Shown: positions 36,906-48,937, counted from the stretch's first letter. The stretch is 64,000 nucleotides of DNA from Neodothiora populina (GCF_041146345.1 NW_027191406.1:1302001-1366000), one strand, 5' to 3'. The notes: a model not told the origin generated them from the sequence alone. A program made the numbers and translations.

Positions 36906-38659
36906 TTAAGCCAGAGCGCCCATGGGATCCCAAGCAGGCAAGACCTTGGCCTTTTGCTTGAGGACATTGTTGACCTCATCGCTGACGACTGTGGGGTCGA
37001 CGACAGCTTGGTAGCAGAACTAGAAAGGGTAAGAAAACGATTGTCAGCTCTGATGTCCTTCAAAGAGTTCACGGGTCACAAGAGATAGTGGGGCAAGAGC
37101 ATAGTGGAGCAAAAAGGAAAGGAAGGGGAACAAAGGAGCAAATAAACGAAAACGAAAGATAAAACTCGTCTCACCTCGTCCATCCATCGGTCAGACATGA
37201 CAAAGTAGCCCTCGGTACCCGCAGTCTCGCTCCACGAGTTCTCCACTCTCCACCTGACGGGCTTACCGCTGGCATCAAGATGAACTGCAGTAAGGACCAT
37301 GGCATGGGTCATGGCGCTCTCGCCCGTCATCAACCTCTGGGCTTTAGACATGCCCAGCTTGACGTTGAATCCCAACTCATAGTCCACAAGATCAATATCC
37401 ATGACGCCCTTTTGAGAGTCGCTGAATTTACCCACGTCACTGCCAAAGAAAATAGGAAATCCTTTCTTCAGCATGGAGATGCAGGCAGACTTGAGGACGT
37501 CTTTGTGGACATTGACATAAGTTATGGGACGCCCGCCCCAGACATTTCCGAGTCTATCTACAGTGAGGAGGCGGTTGTACTCGTTCCGGGGGTCATTGAC
37601 CAGACTGTAGAGAGTGTGAACGTCGGTGCCGCCGCATGCACGCAGGCCATGAGTGTCGTGAAGACTACTCGCGAACTCCAGAGGTGTCATAGTGAGCGTC
37701 TCGAAGCTATGCTTCTTATCGTAGTACTCCCATGTGAAGCGGTCGTTTGCTGACGGAGGTGGGCCAAGAGTCAGCGTCAGAATACGAATGATCTCTTGCA
37801 TCATGTGCTCCTTGGCGGCAGCGATCGACGTGGCAGCAGTGCTGGAGCCAGAAGTCTTGAGAGCACGAAGGCGAAGAGCATCTTCACGCAATTTGGTCGT
37901 CAGCAGACTGTCCATGCCCGACGAATTCATGGCGTTCCACGAGTCAGGGTATAGCGACTGTGGCACGAGGCCGTACTTGGCGACGAGGTTTGAAATCATA
38001 TCCCACTGGCCACCGTCATTCACCGGCGCAGACATGAGCTGCGACACGAGTCTGCTGTCGACAGGCTCATCCGCCGTCTCGAGGATCGACTCGAGGAAGA
38101 AGTTTGCCTTTTCCACCTTGTCCCAGAAGAACAAGTAGCTCTGGCTCAATTGGAACTTGTCCAAGCCATACTTTCTCATGATAGCGACGCGGAAGACATT
38201 GGTCGAGGCAAAGATCCAGCAGCGGCCGGAGGAGCGCTGGTTGGTCACGGGCGAGCCTTCGAAGGGGATGGCGACATTGAACGTCTGGGCATCTTTGAGG
38301 ATCGCCGACGACTTCTCTAGCACTTTGGCTGGGCTGTTGGTCGAGAGGGCGCATAGAGCGAGTCGGTTCTTGGGGTCGGACAGGACCGTCTTGATGTATG
38401 ATTCACTCTTGGAGACAGACATGCCCGATCCGCCGTTGGTGACTTTGTCTTTTCCGTTAGCAAATGCATTCGAGCAGAGAGAACAACGGGAAAACTCACC
38501 ACTCTCGGCACATTCAGAGATTCTGAAGGCATCAGACTTTTCCTGTACCTCACTAGACACGTCGCTCGATCGGGCAACGTAAGATTGTCTCTGTTGCTGT
38601 TGCTGTTGGTGGCGCTGCTGAACAGCCGCCGCTCGAGGCACCGATTCGGAAACACCCAT
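36906..38659 (-). CDS. LAP3: Bleomycin hydrolase / cysteine aminopeptidase (peptidase C1B)
   Basis: Catalytic motifs NQRSSGRCWIFA, THAM and WRVENSW; terminal WDPMGALA*. Introns 38499-38449 and ~37174-37020. Confidence 0.95.
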
Positions 38660-39698
38660 GACTAGATACCTTGTTCTTTTGCAGTTGATCACTGAATCGA
38701 ACAAATTGACTAGGGAATCAAGAACTCACAGACCTCGATGAGACGAGGTTGACAGGCTGAGCAAGGCAAGGTGGATTAATCTATGAGAGGGAAAAGCAGC
38801 ACCCCCGAGATTTAGTTAGAGAAAGCACAGTCACACTACCTCCAGTATCACAAAGCTGCAAGGTAGAGCTCAAAAGGTAGAGTGAGATCAGAAAAGAGAA
38901 CTTTGAATGGCAGAAGAGCTAGGGTAAGGTGAGGTATCAAGAAGATGGATAAGGTAGACAAGCAAGTAGCTAGCTGCCCGTTTAGTATCCCATTGAGCCC
39001 ACCTTGATGGTGCGGTACCCAAATCGTACCATGTTTCTTGGCAGACATCGAATCCCGAGCATTGACCACTTAGATCTCCGAGGGAGGGGTTTGTCTTATC
39101 AGTTCGGACCCCTCCTTCGCCCGGCGATTATGCCATCGGCGAGCGCGTGCAGCCCGGTGACTGTTGGATAAGGTATAGTACAGTATCAGAAAAAAGGCAG
39201 GTGATCAGATAGGACTGATAGTGTGAGGCGGTCATCTGACGGACGGTACAAGGTATGTTTCTCCGGCCTGGTCTGGGTACTTGACCTACCTGATGCGGGT
39301 GGTAAACAATATACACTCATCCGACAGGCATTGTCGTCAGATCATGGTCGCATGTCAGCAGCTGCGTTGTGCGAGTCTGTGACCTTGATGGCTCGGAGAG
39401 TCTCGCATGATACAGAAAAGATGAATCGGATGTTCCTATATAAATGTTGATTATTCTTCAAGAAGGGACCCCCTGACAACCAACACTCGACTGTGTGCTG
39501 TGTGTAAACTGCAAAACAAGATAGCTCGACCATTGATGCCCGTGAGAAAAAATGCAGCCTTCCGTGAACACATGGTCGAGATATTTAAGAAGTAAGGATT
39601 CCCTCTGTCCCGCAGGTAAAACGCCTAGTGTGCACCACGCAAGTGATAAGAAAAGATTTCATGATGATGCGCCTTGTCTCAAACGTACGACAGCCCAA

Positions 39699-40293
39699 CT
39701 AATCCCAAGCGCTTTCCTGTGAGTCCCTGACGCACTTGCGGACCTTCTTCTTGAACTCCTTGGGATCCTCTCTCCAGAGCTTGCCCGCTTCGATGTTGGC
39801 AGGCGACTCGTCGTTCGGTGATGACAGCATCGAGATGACTGAGAGGAGGATCGTCTCCGGGGTCTGCACTGGTGACCAGCGCTCTGCGGCAGACTCGTAA
39901 CCGTACTTGTCCTCCTCGGGCGGGTGCAGAATGGAAATGCACACGTCGCCGGACGGGTAGATGTTGGGGTGGAAGATGGGAGTGACAAACTTCATCTTTG
40001 GCGGCATGAGAGGGTATTCAGAGGGGAAGGTGAGCCTTGATCGGAAGCAACCACCGCCTGTTTTGTTTCATATATCAGCATGTATTCCTTCTTGTTATCC
40101 TCAACCCACAAGAAACAAAGGAAAGAGGAAACGAACCGAAAAGACCACCGCTCTCATCATCCAACATGAGCATGACCTCCCACTCAAAGACGTTGTTGTT
40201 GACCAGCCCACAGCTGATGCCCGGGATATCCTTGTCCGTCTGCATTTGCTTGTATTGCCTGCTCAACAGCAGCGCTGCGGAAGAAGACGCCAT
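39699..40293 (-). CDS. UBE2G1/Ubc15-like (Cdc34/Ubc7 clade) ubiquitin-conjugating enzyme
   Basis: HPNIYPSGDVCISILHPPEEDKYGYESAAERWSPVQ with the acidic loop insertion. Intron 40136-40058. Confidence 0.92.
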
Positions 40294-40873
40294 GATGTTT
40301 TGTTGTTCCTATGATGTGTACTGTTTTCTGGCGTGGTGGCGGTGGATCGTGTCGAAGACAAGAGACAGGCGCTGCGAGACTGACGGCGGAGACTACTGTG
40401 GTTCCCTTGGTGAATGTCTTGAAGCCAGATGGGGATGGGCCGCTCCGTGGGATGAGGTGTGATAGTGTGTTGTATGGGAAGAGATGGCGGTGGGGGAGTG
40501 TTTCTGTAGCAGAGACAAGAACAACTAGCAGTAGCGGCGGCGGCGGCGAGACCCTGAAACTAGAACGACACGTTCTGCCTTGTACGAGATCTTTTCAAGA
40601 TTTGATGGATAATGACCAGGGATTTTCCAAACAAGTCCAGCTAGACAAGAAAAGATTGAACAATTAGGTTGCTTGGAGGGTTGACGAAACTCGGACTCGG
40701 ACTTTTGGACTTTTGGACTTTGTGACAAGGTGCAGTGCAGTTAGTGTAAGGAAGGTACAGGTACGGTGGGTAGGGTACCTTATCCAAGCACGTCCCTCCG
40801 TGAGGTGTCTACAGGTGTCTAACCGTCGAAACCCAATGACGACGGAAGAGGGCCGTCACCCCTCCGTGTCACC

Positions 40874-40918
40874 CCTCCTCCTCCTCCTCCTCCTCCTCCT
40901 CCTCCTCCTCTCTCTCTC
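40874..40918 (+). repeat. (CCT)n microsatellite running into (CT)n
   Basis: About 12 CCT units followed by CT dinucleotides, read directly from the sequence. Confidence 0.9.
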
Positions 40919-41545
40919 TTTTTTGGCTGTATCTCGGGGTTGTAGCTTTTGACAACCGGATCTGAGACCCGGTTTCAGTCCCGTCTTTGTCTGTTTCCTA
41001 TACTGGCTGAAAAGACAACTCTCCTCAGCTGTACAAAAGAATAATTGACAAGGTACAGTACCATGGTCAAGCCGATGTTTCTCCTAAACACCTAAGGTAT
41101 GTATCACAGTAATAAGATCGGGAAGCTTGAGGTGATTCAATGGCCGGGCGCACAGACTCGGTAAGAGGTACTCTACGCTGGTTCCCCTCGTTCGGGGGGG
41201 ACCCTGTCTACCAATCCATAAATCGGTCATGTAACACTCCATAGTTTCTTCTTCTTCTTCACTACTGAATTCATGGTCTAGATCTTCACAGCATATAGGA
41301 AAGCCTAGTGACGGTTCATACGAGGCAAGTATTGGTAGCTTGATCAAGATGGAAACAATAATTAGACTGATAGAATGGAGATTGTGAAGCTATTGAGGTA
41401 CACTATACCCCGTCCATCAATCGTTTCGCAAGGTACAACAAGTCCGACCACATCATGATCGTGAACAACGAGAGTCCTCAAGACTATACAACCCAACAAA
41501 ACGCCAAAAACACCATCGTTTTGAAATCAATCGTCTTCGTCTTTC

Positions 41546-44500
41546 TCAAGCAGGCCTGACTTTTTCCAACTTCTCTGCCCGCTCCGCTCGTGCCAACATG
41601 TCCTGCACCTTCTTCTTCTTCGCATTCATCTCCTCCTTCCAGACGATATCTTCGACGATGCCCGCAATCCACAGTGACTCGATGTTACCTTGCAGTTCGC
41701 GAGCGTAGACCTTGTCACTGCCGTGTCGCCCTTTGCTGTCCTTGCCCGCGTAGCGTAGCGCCTCGTCGTCTCCCCACTGGCGGCCTGTGTGCTCCTCCGT
41801 ACGCCGACGCTCGGCCGGAGGCAACAGCAGAGACATGAAGCTGTCGACGACATGCGCATATCTAGGTGTCCAAGTGAAAGATTGATCGAGCTCGTTCTTC
41901 CGAGTCTTGCCCACCAGGTCCTGGAGATCCGCTGGTAGATGGCCAGATGCGGGGATGATCGATGAGCTACCGCTTCTCGAACGTGCCGAGTTGAGCATCC
42001 GGTGGAGTGTTCGCACATGTTGATAAGTGAATGGGTGGACATGAGGCAGAAGACCATATTTTCTGCGTAATCGCAAAACATGGTCCGGCACACTTGTGCC
42101 AACACTTGGACCAGAAACCATTTTCGAGCTTATCGCAGCCTCGGAGGGATCGCGTTCGAGGGAAGGTGAGACTACTATGGTTGGCTTGGAATCCACATAT
42201 GGCGGCGGTACAGTGACTGCATCCCACAACGAGTCGGTTAGACGAGAGACAAAGCCTCCCTTGCGGACTCGAGACTTCCCTTGCGCTGCATCCTCGTGCT
42301 TCTCCGTATCGGGGTCCTTACTGTCGGTCGAAGACGCATTGTCGAAAAGAGGAGGGTACTTCTTCTTGAGCGAGATCAGCATGGATCGGCCATGATCATC
42401 GTGTTCGTTTTGCACAAGACCAGATTCATGTGCGGAAGAGTCGTTGAAGTTAACCCGAATCTTGGTAGGAGAATCATGATTGAGCTCCTCAACGTAGCTC
42501 CGGGAGACATCCGTCTCTGAACATCTCGAAGACATTTGCGTGAGGTCTATGGCGTTGCTAGAATGACCGCCGACCATCTGTTGTGTGAATTCCTCTTGTA
42601 ATTGTCTGGCATCTGACGCCAAACTCGAAGAAGTGACGTTCACCCGACTTTGGTCGCTTTCGGCTAGTGGCGATAATGCTGTTTGCTGTGCTAACGAAGT
42701 CCACTCTTTGGACTGGTCCCGGGTAGACCCAGGCGGTGTCGCTCTGAGCTTGCTGCTTTTCAACAGACTCTGCTTCAACGGCGATGTCATGAGTGCAGAG
42801 TCGCTTTGCGGATTTCTTCGAATGCCTCCCATCTTGGTCGATGGTCTCGCTTTCCTCTGGGGGCTGGAACCTGAAGTCGTGTTGACGAATGAGCTCCGGC
42901 TGTAAGGGCTCTCATCAGCTCGAGGGCTGGACTCTGTACTGCGGGCACCGGTGAGCGGCATCACAGTTCGGGCGCGTCGAGGTCTAGGAGGTCTTCCATA
43001 GACTGCCGGGAGATTGTTCTGCCAGAACACGCCCGTATCTTCATCGTCGTCGGATGAGACACTGTCATCCTTGCTGCAAACTGTACTGAGCTTTCTGTTG
43101 TCTTCGACACGTGCTCCTTTTCCTGTCTCACTGGACGATGGAGTCATGACACCGTCCTGTATCTGTTCATCCTCGGTGATTGGCGGAGTCATGATACCAC
43201 TAGCGTTAGTTGTCGCGCTGACCTTACGATTGGCCAAGTCCTCTGGCTCAGGTGAATCGCTGTAGTGGAATGATGTATCAGGGTTGCGACGCCATGTACG
43301 TGGGAGCTTACTCCTTCGTGGTTTGATTGGAAGGTCATCTCGCAAGATAGGTGGCGTGTGATCGTCATCGTTCTCATTCAAGCGGCTTGCTTCCTCCTGC
43401 CAGATATCCTTGGACGCTTCATCTTCCTCCGTAGACTTCTCGACCTGACTTGTCTCTGGCCGCGAGACATCTACATTGTTGCCGCATTGTTCACTAGTAA
43501 GTTGATCAGTTTCGCCATGGCTTTCCGACCTGGCTGCACCGTTCGAGATGGGATCTTCTTGAGACTGGGTGGTAGCCTGGCGTAGAGGAGACTTTGTCGC
43601 AATGATCGGTCTACTGGCGGCGGTCGCAGTCCAGCTCATGGCATCATATCCGAGGTAGGGGCTCGCGAGAGTTGTTCTCTCAGTCTTGTTAGGTATGCTT
43701 GGGTACAAGACTTGCTCTGCAGCAGGCTGAGGGAATGAGTTTGGCAGTGGCTGCGAGCGCGTCGACAACGCTTGCTCTTCGGGAGTAGGCAGGCGATGGG
43801 TAGTGGCAGGGGCCGCAGCGTCACTCTGTCTCCTTGCTGGACTGTGAAACGGTGAAGAGAAAGTTGGTACCGGTGCTGCAAAGTGCGGCGCTCCCTGAAC
43901 ACCTAAGCCAAAGTTCGGTCGACTGTCGAGTTGAGGAGTAGCCAAAGTCTGTCCAGCGTACAGACTCTCACGTAGTTGGCGCCGGGTGCCCGCGCTGAAG
44001 CCGGAGAAAATCGCATTCATAGTAATAGGGTCGTTGTTGAAATCACTGAGAACGTCTTGAAGAGCTCTGCCAGATTTTCTAGCGCTTTCTTGGAGCGGAG
44101 TCTCGATCTTTTCGTGCTGGACCGATGGTGGTGCAGGAGCTGCAGGATACTTTGGTGGCGAATCGGACGGTAAGGGAGTCCGACGATAGGCAGGTGGAAT
44201 TGTCGGTGGTGATGATGGCATGAAAGATACATCGGCAGACTTATTGGCCAACATCTGCTTCCGTGAAGGAGCGGAGAGCATCGCTGGAGAGAGCTGATCG
44301 TTCACCCGGGTGTTGCTGGACAGAGAGTCGACTGAGATCATACTGAATTCTTCACTCTCGAGGACGGTAGCCTCACCTGGATCTTGCGCGCCGCCGATGG
44401 CTGCCCCGTCGTCATGGAACTCCTCTCGCGGACAGTCGAGAGGAGGTTGACTAATCGCGCGCGAATGCGTTGGAAGATCTGACGCATTCGAGATTGGTTG

Positions 44501-45034
44501 CGAAGCGCGCTTCACATGGACACGGTTGGCCGTCTGATCACGCTTGGGCTCAATTACTTTTGCAGTCATCTCGGTATGACTTTCGGCTTCAATATCGGAC
44601 AAGGAATAATCGTCTACCGGGTCATCGGGGATTTCGATCAGGTCATGGGTCTGCACGGAGTTCTTTCTGCGTGAAGCTGGCGTAGCCGAGTCGATGCGGT
44701 CTTCCTTCGCAGGGCTAGACACGGAACGTCTAGTGCGTCTGGCAGCCCTTTTCACAGGTGAGGAGTTCTCTGCTTGCTTCGACAGAGCTCTAGACGTCCT
44801 GACAACATTGCGATTGATCTGTGGTGAAGGAGGTTCTGCTTGAACTGTGACTTTAATGCGCCACGGCTGTCCATCATCGTTCTCGTGACCTTCCAGATAT
44901 ACGGACTTGGAAGGCGATGAGATGTTGACAGAGCGCGGCGACAATGGGCCTTTGCCGTGGCGTCTCTGTATGCGTCTCACCGGTGAAGAGTCCATTGGAA
45001 GAGCAAGAGGATCAGGAGACGAGCCGACGCTCAT
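41546..45034 (-). CDS. Large Ser/Pro-rich, mostly disordered hypothetical protein
   Basis: 3.5-kb uninterrupted ORF from MSVGSSPDPLAL. Small ordered-looking islands (PWRIKVTVQAEP, SEEFSMISVDSL, C-terminal ~150 aa) and many S/T-P sites. Confidence 0.75.
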   Translation of the reverse strand: MSVGSSPDPLALPMDSSPVRRIQRRHGKGPLSPRSVNISSPSKSVYLEGHENDDGQPWRIKVTVQAEPPSPQINRNVVRTSRALSKQAENSSPVKRAARRTRRSVSSPAKEDRIDSATPASRRKNSVQTHDLIEIPDDPVDDYSLSDIEAESHTEMTAKVIEPKRDQTANRVHVKRASQPISNASDLPTHSRAISQPPLDCPREEFHDDGAAIGGAQDPGEATVLESEEFSMISVDSLSSNTRVNDQLSPAMLSAPSRKQMLANKSADVSFMPSSPPTIPPAYRRTPLPSDSPPKYPAAPAPPSVQHEKIETPLQESARKSGRALQDVLSDFNNDPITMNAIFSGFSAGTRRQLRESLYAGQTLATPQLDSRPNFGLGVQGAPHFAAPVPTFSSPFHSPARRQSDAAAPATTHRLPTPEEQALSTRSQPLPNSFPQPAAEQVLYPSIPNKTERTTLASPYLGYDAMSWTATAASRPIIATKSPLRQATTQSQEDPISNGAARSESHGETDQLTSEQCGNNVDVSRPETSQVEKSTEEDEASKDIWQEEASRLNENDDDHTPPILRDDLPIKPRRSKLPRTWRRNPDTSFHYSDSPEPEDLANRKVSATTNASGIMTPPITEDEQIQDGVMTPSSSETGKGARVEDNRKLSTVCSKDDSVSSDDDEDTGVFWQNNLPAVYGRPPRPRRARTVMPLTGARSTESSPRADESPYSRSSFVNTTSGSSPQRKARPSTKMGGIRRNPQSDSALMTSPLKQSLLKSSKLRATPPGSTRDQSKEWTSLAQQTALSPLAESDQSRVNVTSSSLASDARQLQEEFTQQMVGGHSSNAIDLTQMSSRCSETDVSRSYVEELNHDSPTKIRVNFNDSSAHESGLVQNEHDDHGRSMLISLKKKYPPLFDNASSTDSKDPDTEKHEDAAQGKSRVRKGGFVSRLTDSLWDAVTVPPPYVDSKPTIVVSPSLERDPSEAAISSKMVSGPSVGTSVPDHVLRLRRKYGLLPHVHPFTYQHVRTLHRMLNSARSRSGSSSIIPASGHLPADLQDLVGKTRKNELDQSFTWTPRYAHVVDSFMSLLLPPAERRRTEEHTGRQWGDDEALRYAGKDSKGRHGSDKVYARELQGNIESLWIAGIVEDIVWKEEMNAKKKKVQDMLARAERAEKLEKVRPA

Positions 45035-45768
45035 GGTAGACACGAAAGATTGGGTCAATGGCAATGGACAATGGCCGGGTTCCAAGTTTTAGGGCAGGGC
45101 CGAGTTGTACAACGTCTATCACGGGGTTGTGGGAGAGTTTGACTTGGAATCGTCGGGCGCGAAGTTGCATAAACAATAAACTCTTGGGTTTGCTGACGCG
45201 CACGCTCACAAGCAGGGACACAATGACGTAGGCGAGGCACGTCTCTGCGAGCAAGAGCACGAGCACGAGCACTTTCGTAGAACAGGTTGGTGCAATGATC
45301 GTGTTCAGATCATGGTGAATCGAGAGTGAATAGTTTTCACAAATATAAAGGTAACGATGAGCTATGCGTGAATGGTTTACAGAGTACAAAATTAACAACA
45401 CAAAAAGGGGATCAAATCTGGGTCGAATCATGAAGGCGCGCCGTTCCGTGTTCTTTTTCTTTACTGGAACAGTACAAGTCAGTGGAGAACTGCATCTGTG
45501 AACTGCGGGTAAGCACAGCAGTACCGCGTACCGCACCTTCCCTCATTTGTGCTTCTTGCCCTTCGCAACAGCCGATGATCAACCGAAGGCATCAGCAACT
45601 CGACATTTGGGTTTATCGATAGTCGTCACATACGAAGTGATGGGTAGAAGTCAAGAACATTACATTCGATTCCCCAACGACTCGTCTATTGAGATTGACA
45701 TGCAATGGAGCAGCATTGCACGACTGAGCTCTGGTGACATGTCATGACCTGGACTACGAGGAAAAGCC

Positions 45769-48700
45769 ATGGGTATTCATGGGTACGTTTTCCACGGTGG
45801 CGCAAAATGCAGAAGAAAGACATGCTAATTGCGCCTACAGCATTTATGATGAAATCGGTGATGGCCGTCGAGTCGCTGTGTCGAAGCTATCATCAGAGAT
45901 ATACATCGCCAGAAATCGACCGTTCAGATTAGCCATAGATATCAGCATATGGCTCTTTCAAATTCAGTCAGGAAAGGGCGGGACCAATCCCGCCCTTAGG
46001 ACATTCTACTACCGCCTGTTGCGGTTGCTTCAGCTCAACATTCACCCATTATTTGTGTTCGATGGTCCGAACAAGCCCAAAATGAAGCGTAACAAGAGGG
46101 TCGGCGGTCCCGGTATCAAAGTCTCCAGCATCCCCGAGTTCCTGGCAAAACAGTTGCTGAAGAACTTTGGCTTCCCCATGCATCATGCCCCTGGAGAAGC
46201 GGAGGCGGAGTGCGCTTCATTGCAACAGCAAGGGATTGTTGACGCTGTGTTAAGTGAGGACGTTGACACCTTGATGTTTGGAAGTGGCATGACACTGCGC
46301 AAGTGGAAACCGGAGCAAGGAAAGACTGGCAAGGAACCAACCCACGTCACTGTTCACGATGCCAAGACGACCAAGGATGTCAGCGGTCTTGACAGGGAAG
46401 GCATGGTACTGGTTGCCATGATGAGCGGCGGTGATTATATTCCTGAAGGCATCCCTGGTTGTGGTCCCAAATTAGCCTGCGAGGCTGCCAGAGCTGGCTT
46501 TGGTGTCGACTTGTGCAAACTTAAGAAGTCCGATAAGGAAGGCATCAGGGAGTGGAGAGAGAGACTGAGATATGAGATCAGGACGAACGAGAGCAAGTTC
46601 TTCAAGCAGAAGCGTACGGCACTCACCATTCCTGACGATTTTCCGAATATGGAAGTGCTCGGCTATTACACACATCCTGCCATCTCGGGTCCGGAGAAGT
46701 TACAAAAGCTGAAAGACACTCTAAAGTGGGATGCGCAAATTGATTTTCCGAGCCTTCGTGAATTTGCAAAGGATGCGTTTGACTGGAGATGCATCGGAGG
46801 CGCAAAGCACTTCATCCGCAAACTTGCCCCGGCAATTCTCATGCGCGAGTTAAGAATACAGGGCGAATCCACCGACCAGACATCAGATGATCTCGAAGCT
46901 CAAGAAGCGAATGAGACAAGACTGATCAATTCGATCCATGGTAAACGGAATCATTCTTCGACAGATGGCGAACTTGAATTTCGCGTGAGTTTCGTGCCAA
47001 TCAAGCTCATCAACATTGATTTGAGCATTGAGGACCTCGACGAGGAGTTACCAGTAGACGAAGATCTGGACTCTGATAGTGAGCCCTCGCCATCACAAGT
47101 CGACCCCAACGAAGATGTTGACGGCTGCCCTGCATCGCCCAAGAAGAAGCGTGGTCCGATGACATATGACCCCAACGTTCCTATCAAGGAGTGGTTACTT
47201 GCGACGTTTGTGAAGATTGGTGCTCCACTAAAGGTCCAGGACTACGAAGCTCAATTCAATGATCCAAAGAAGTTCGCTACCAGGAATGCGTCGAAGACGT
47301 CGAAACCGCGCAAGAAAGCCTCGGACGCAGGAGCAAAAGGCGGTATGGCCCGGGGAGCTTTGGACAGATTTGCTGTGACAAGAAAGCCAAACATGGACCG
47401 CGAGCAGCACGAGAAGCCATCTTGTGCGGTCGCCGAGGTTGATCTCTCGGAAATAGCTGCACCACAACGTAGAACGCGAACTGCGAAGGGACCAGGATCC
47501 AAGCCTGACATACGGGACTATAGCAAAGTAACCAAGTCTCGGGCTACACGTATGGATCCTGAGAAGACTTGTCACTTTGATGAAATTGATCTCTCGGCAA
47601 TCAACAATCTGGCTCGAGAGCGCTCAGAGATAAGTGCTGCTCGCGAGAGCTCATTAGAGAAATCTAGAACCGCAGCGACAGTGCAACAGGGTTCTGAAAA
47701 TATCACGCAGCCGATCAAGCGAACGGCAAAACGCCAATCACCGGACGCTGCTCCTCCGTGTTCGAAGCGCAGGGCGTCGCCCCCTAGAGGAGCCAAGAAT
47801 CAACCAGAGATTATCGAGCTGTTGTCGTCCCCTGTTGCTGAGCGGTCAGTACATGCTACCACACCGCCGCCACAGACGGTGCTTATCAATGCTGCTGTGC
47901 CAAATGACCAGCTACTGTATTTCGCATCGCCTTTACCAGATACGGTAACCAAAAGACGCAAAAAGTCACCTTTCAGGCGATATCGCACAGCACCATTGTC
48001 CGGAGTTGAAGATGACGACAATGGCCCTTACTCGCCCTTGACAGGACCCGCTGAGGTGACATCAATCGCGCCTATCCACCACGACACAGTAGAAGCCATG
48101 GACTTAGCAAGTCCATCGCGGGCCTACGCCGTCTCCACGCCTGAGAGTCCTAGCAGTCTCCCCAGTCCAAGCATGTTCCGCAAACCACAGCCACATCCAA
48201 CAGAACCCACGTCTAATGTCGTGTCAGCTTCTGAAACCCGAGGAGGTGTGAGCGGAATCGGTACTAAACCTCCAAACACCATAACAGAGTGGATAAGAAG
48301 GAGCCAAAGTATGACTCCGGGCAGATCTCGCTTTGTAGACCGCCTGACAAGCACACAACCAGATGCTGTGGAGGACACGACGAAGGTCATAGACATCATG
48401 CCATCATCGATGCCTACTCCTCCATTGTGGGATGATAATGAAAAGCGTGACATTGAACTCGATGAGACGGACGTCTTGCTCTCTCATGAAGCAGCATCGA
48501 CAGTGCGACAGACTATTCATCACGATGATGAAGACAGCCAAGACACTGCTCCACTTGTGTCGGTTGGGTCACTACTTCCAGCGACGAGATACCTACGGGA
48601 TAAAAACGCAAGCATCTCGCCCACAAAGAAGCCAGAATCACGCGTCACAGTTCTGTCCGCCGCACCCCTCGATCTCTCTGGACCATCGACAAAGTTCCTT

Positions 48701-48937
48701 GTTCCCAATGACTCAATACAAACGACCAAAGCCAAGACGAAAAAGAAAAAGTACGTCCAACCGCGCGGATCCCTTCCCGGCGCATGGAAGTACGTCGACG
48801 AAGTCGATCTCAGCGGGTCAGAAGGACTCGAGCAACAACCTCGAAGGGATCAGAAAGGCGATGGAGAAGGATCGAGGTCATATCGCAAAGCTTTCAGGAT
48901 GAGTGAAGTCGAGATGGTTGATCTGACGGGTGATTGA
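45769..48937 (+). CDS. YEN1: XPG/Rad2-family Holliday junction resolvase GEN1/YEN1
   Basis: Exon 1 MGIHG plus intron 45783-45840. XPG-N motifs LAIDISIW and FVFDG; XPG-I motifs APGEAEAEC and SEDVDTLMFG; H3TH GGDYIPEGIPGCGPK. Confidence 0.88.

Noticed and set aside
41084..41347. 87-aa ORF with an acidic run
   Set aside because: Non-ATG start, no motif, and lies in the 3' flank of the neighbouring gene.
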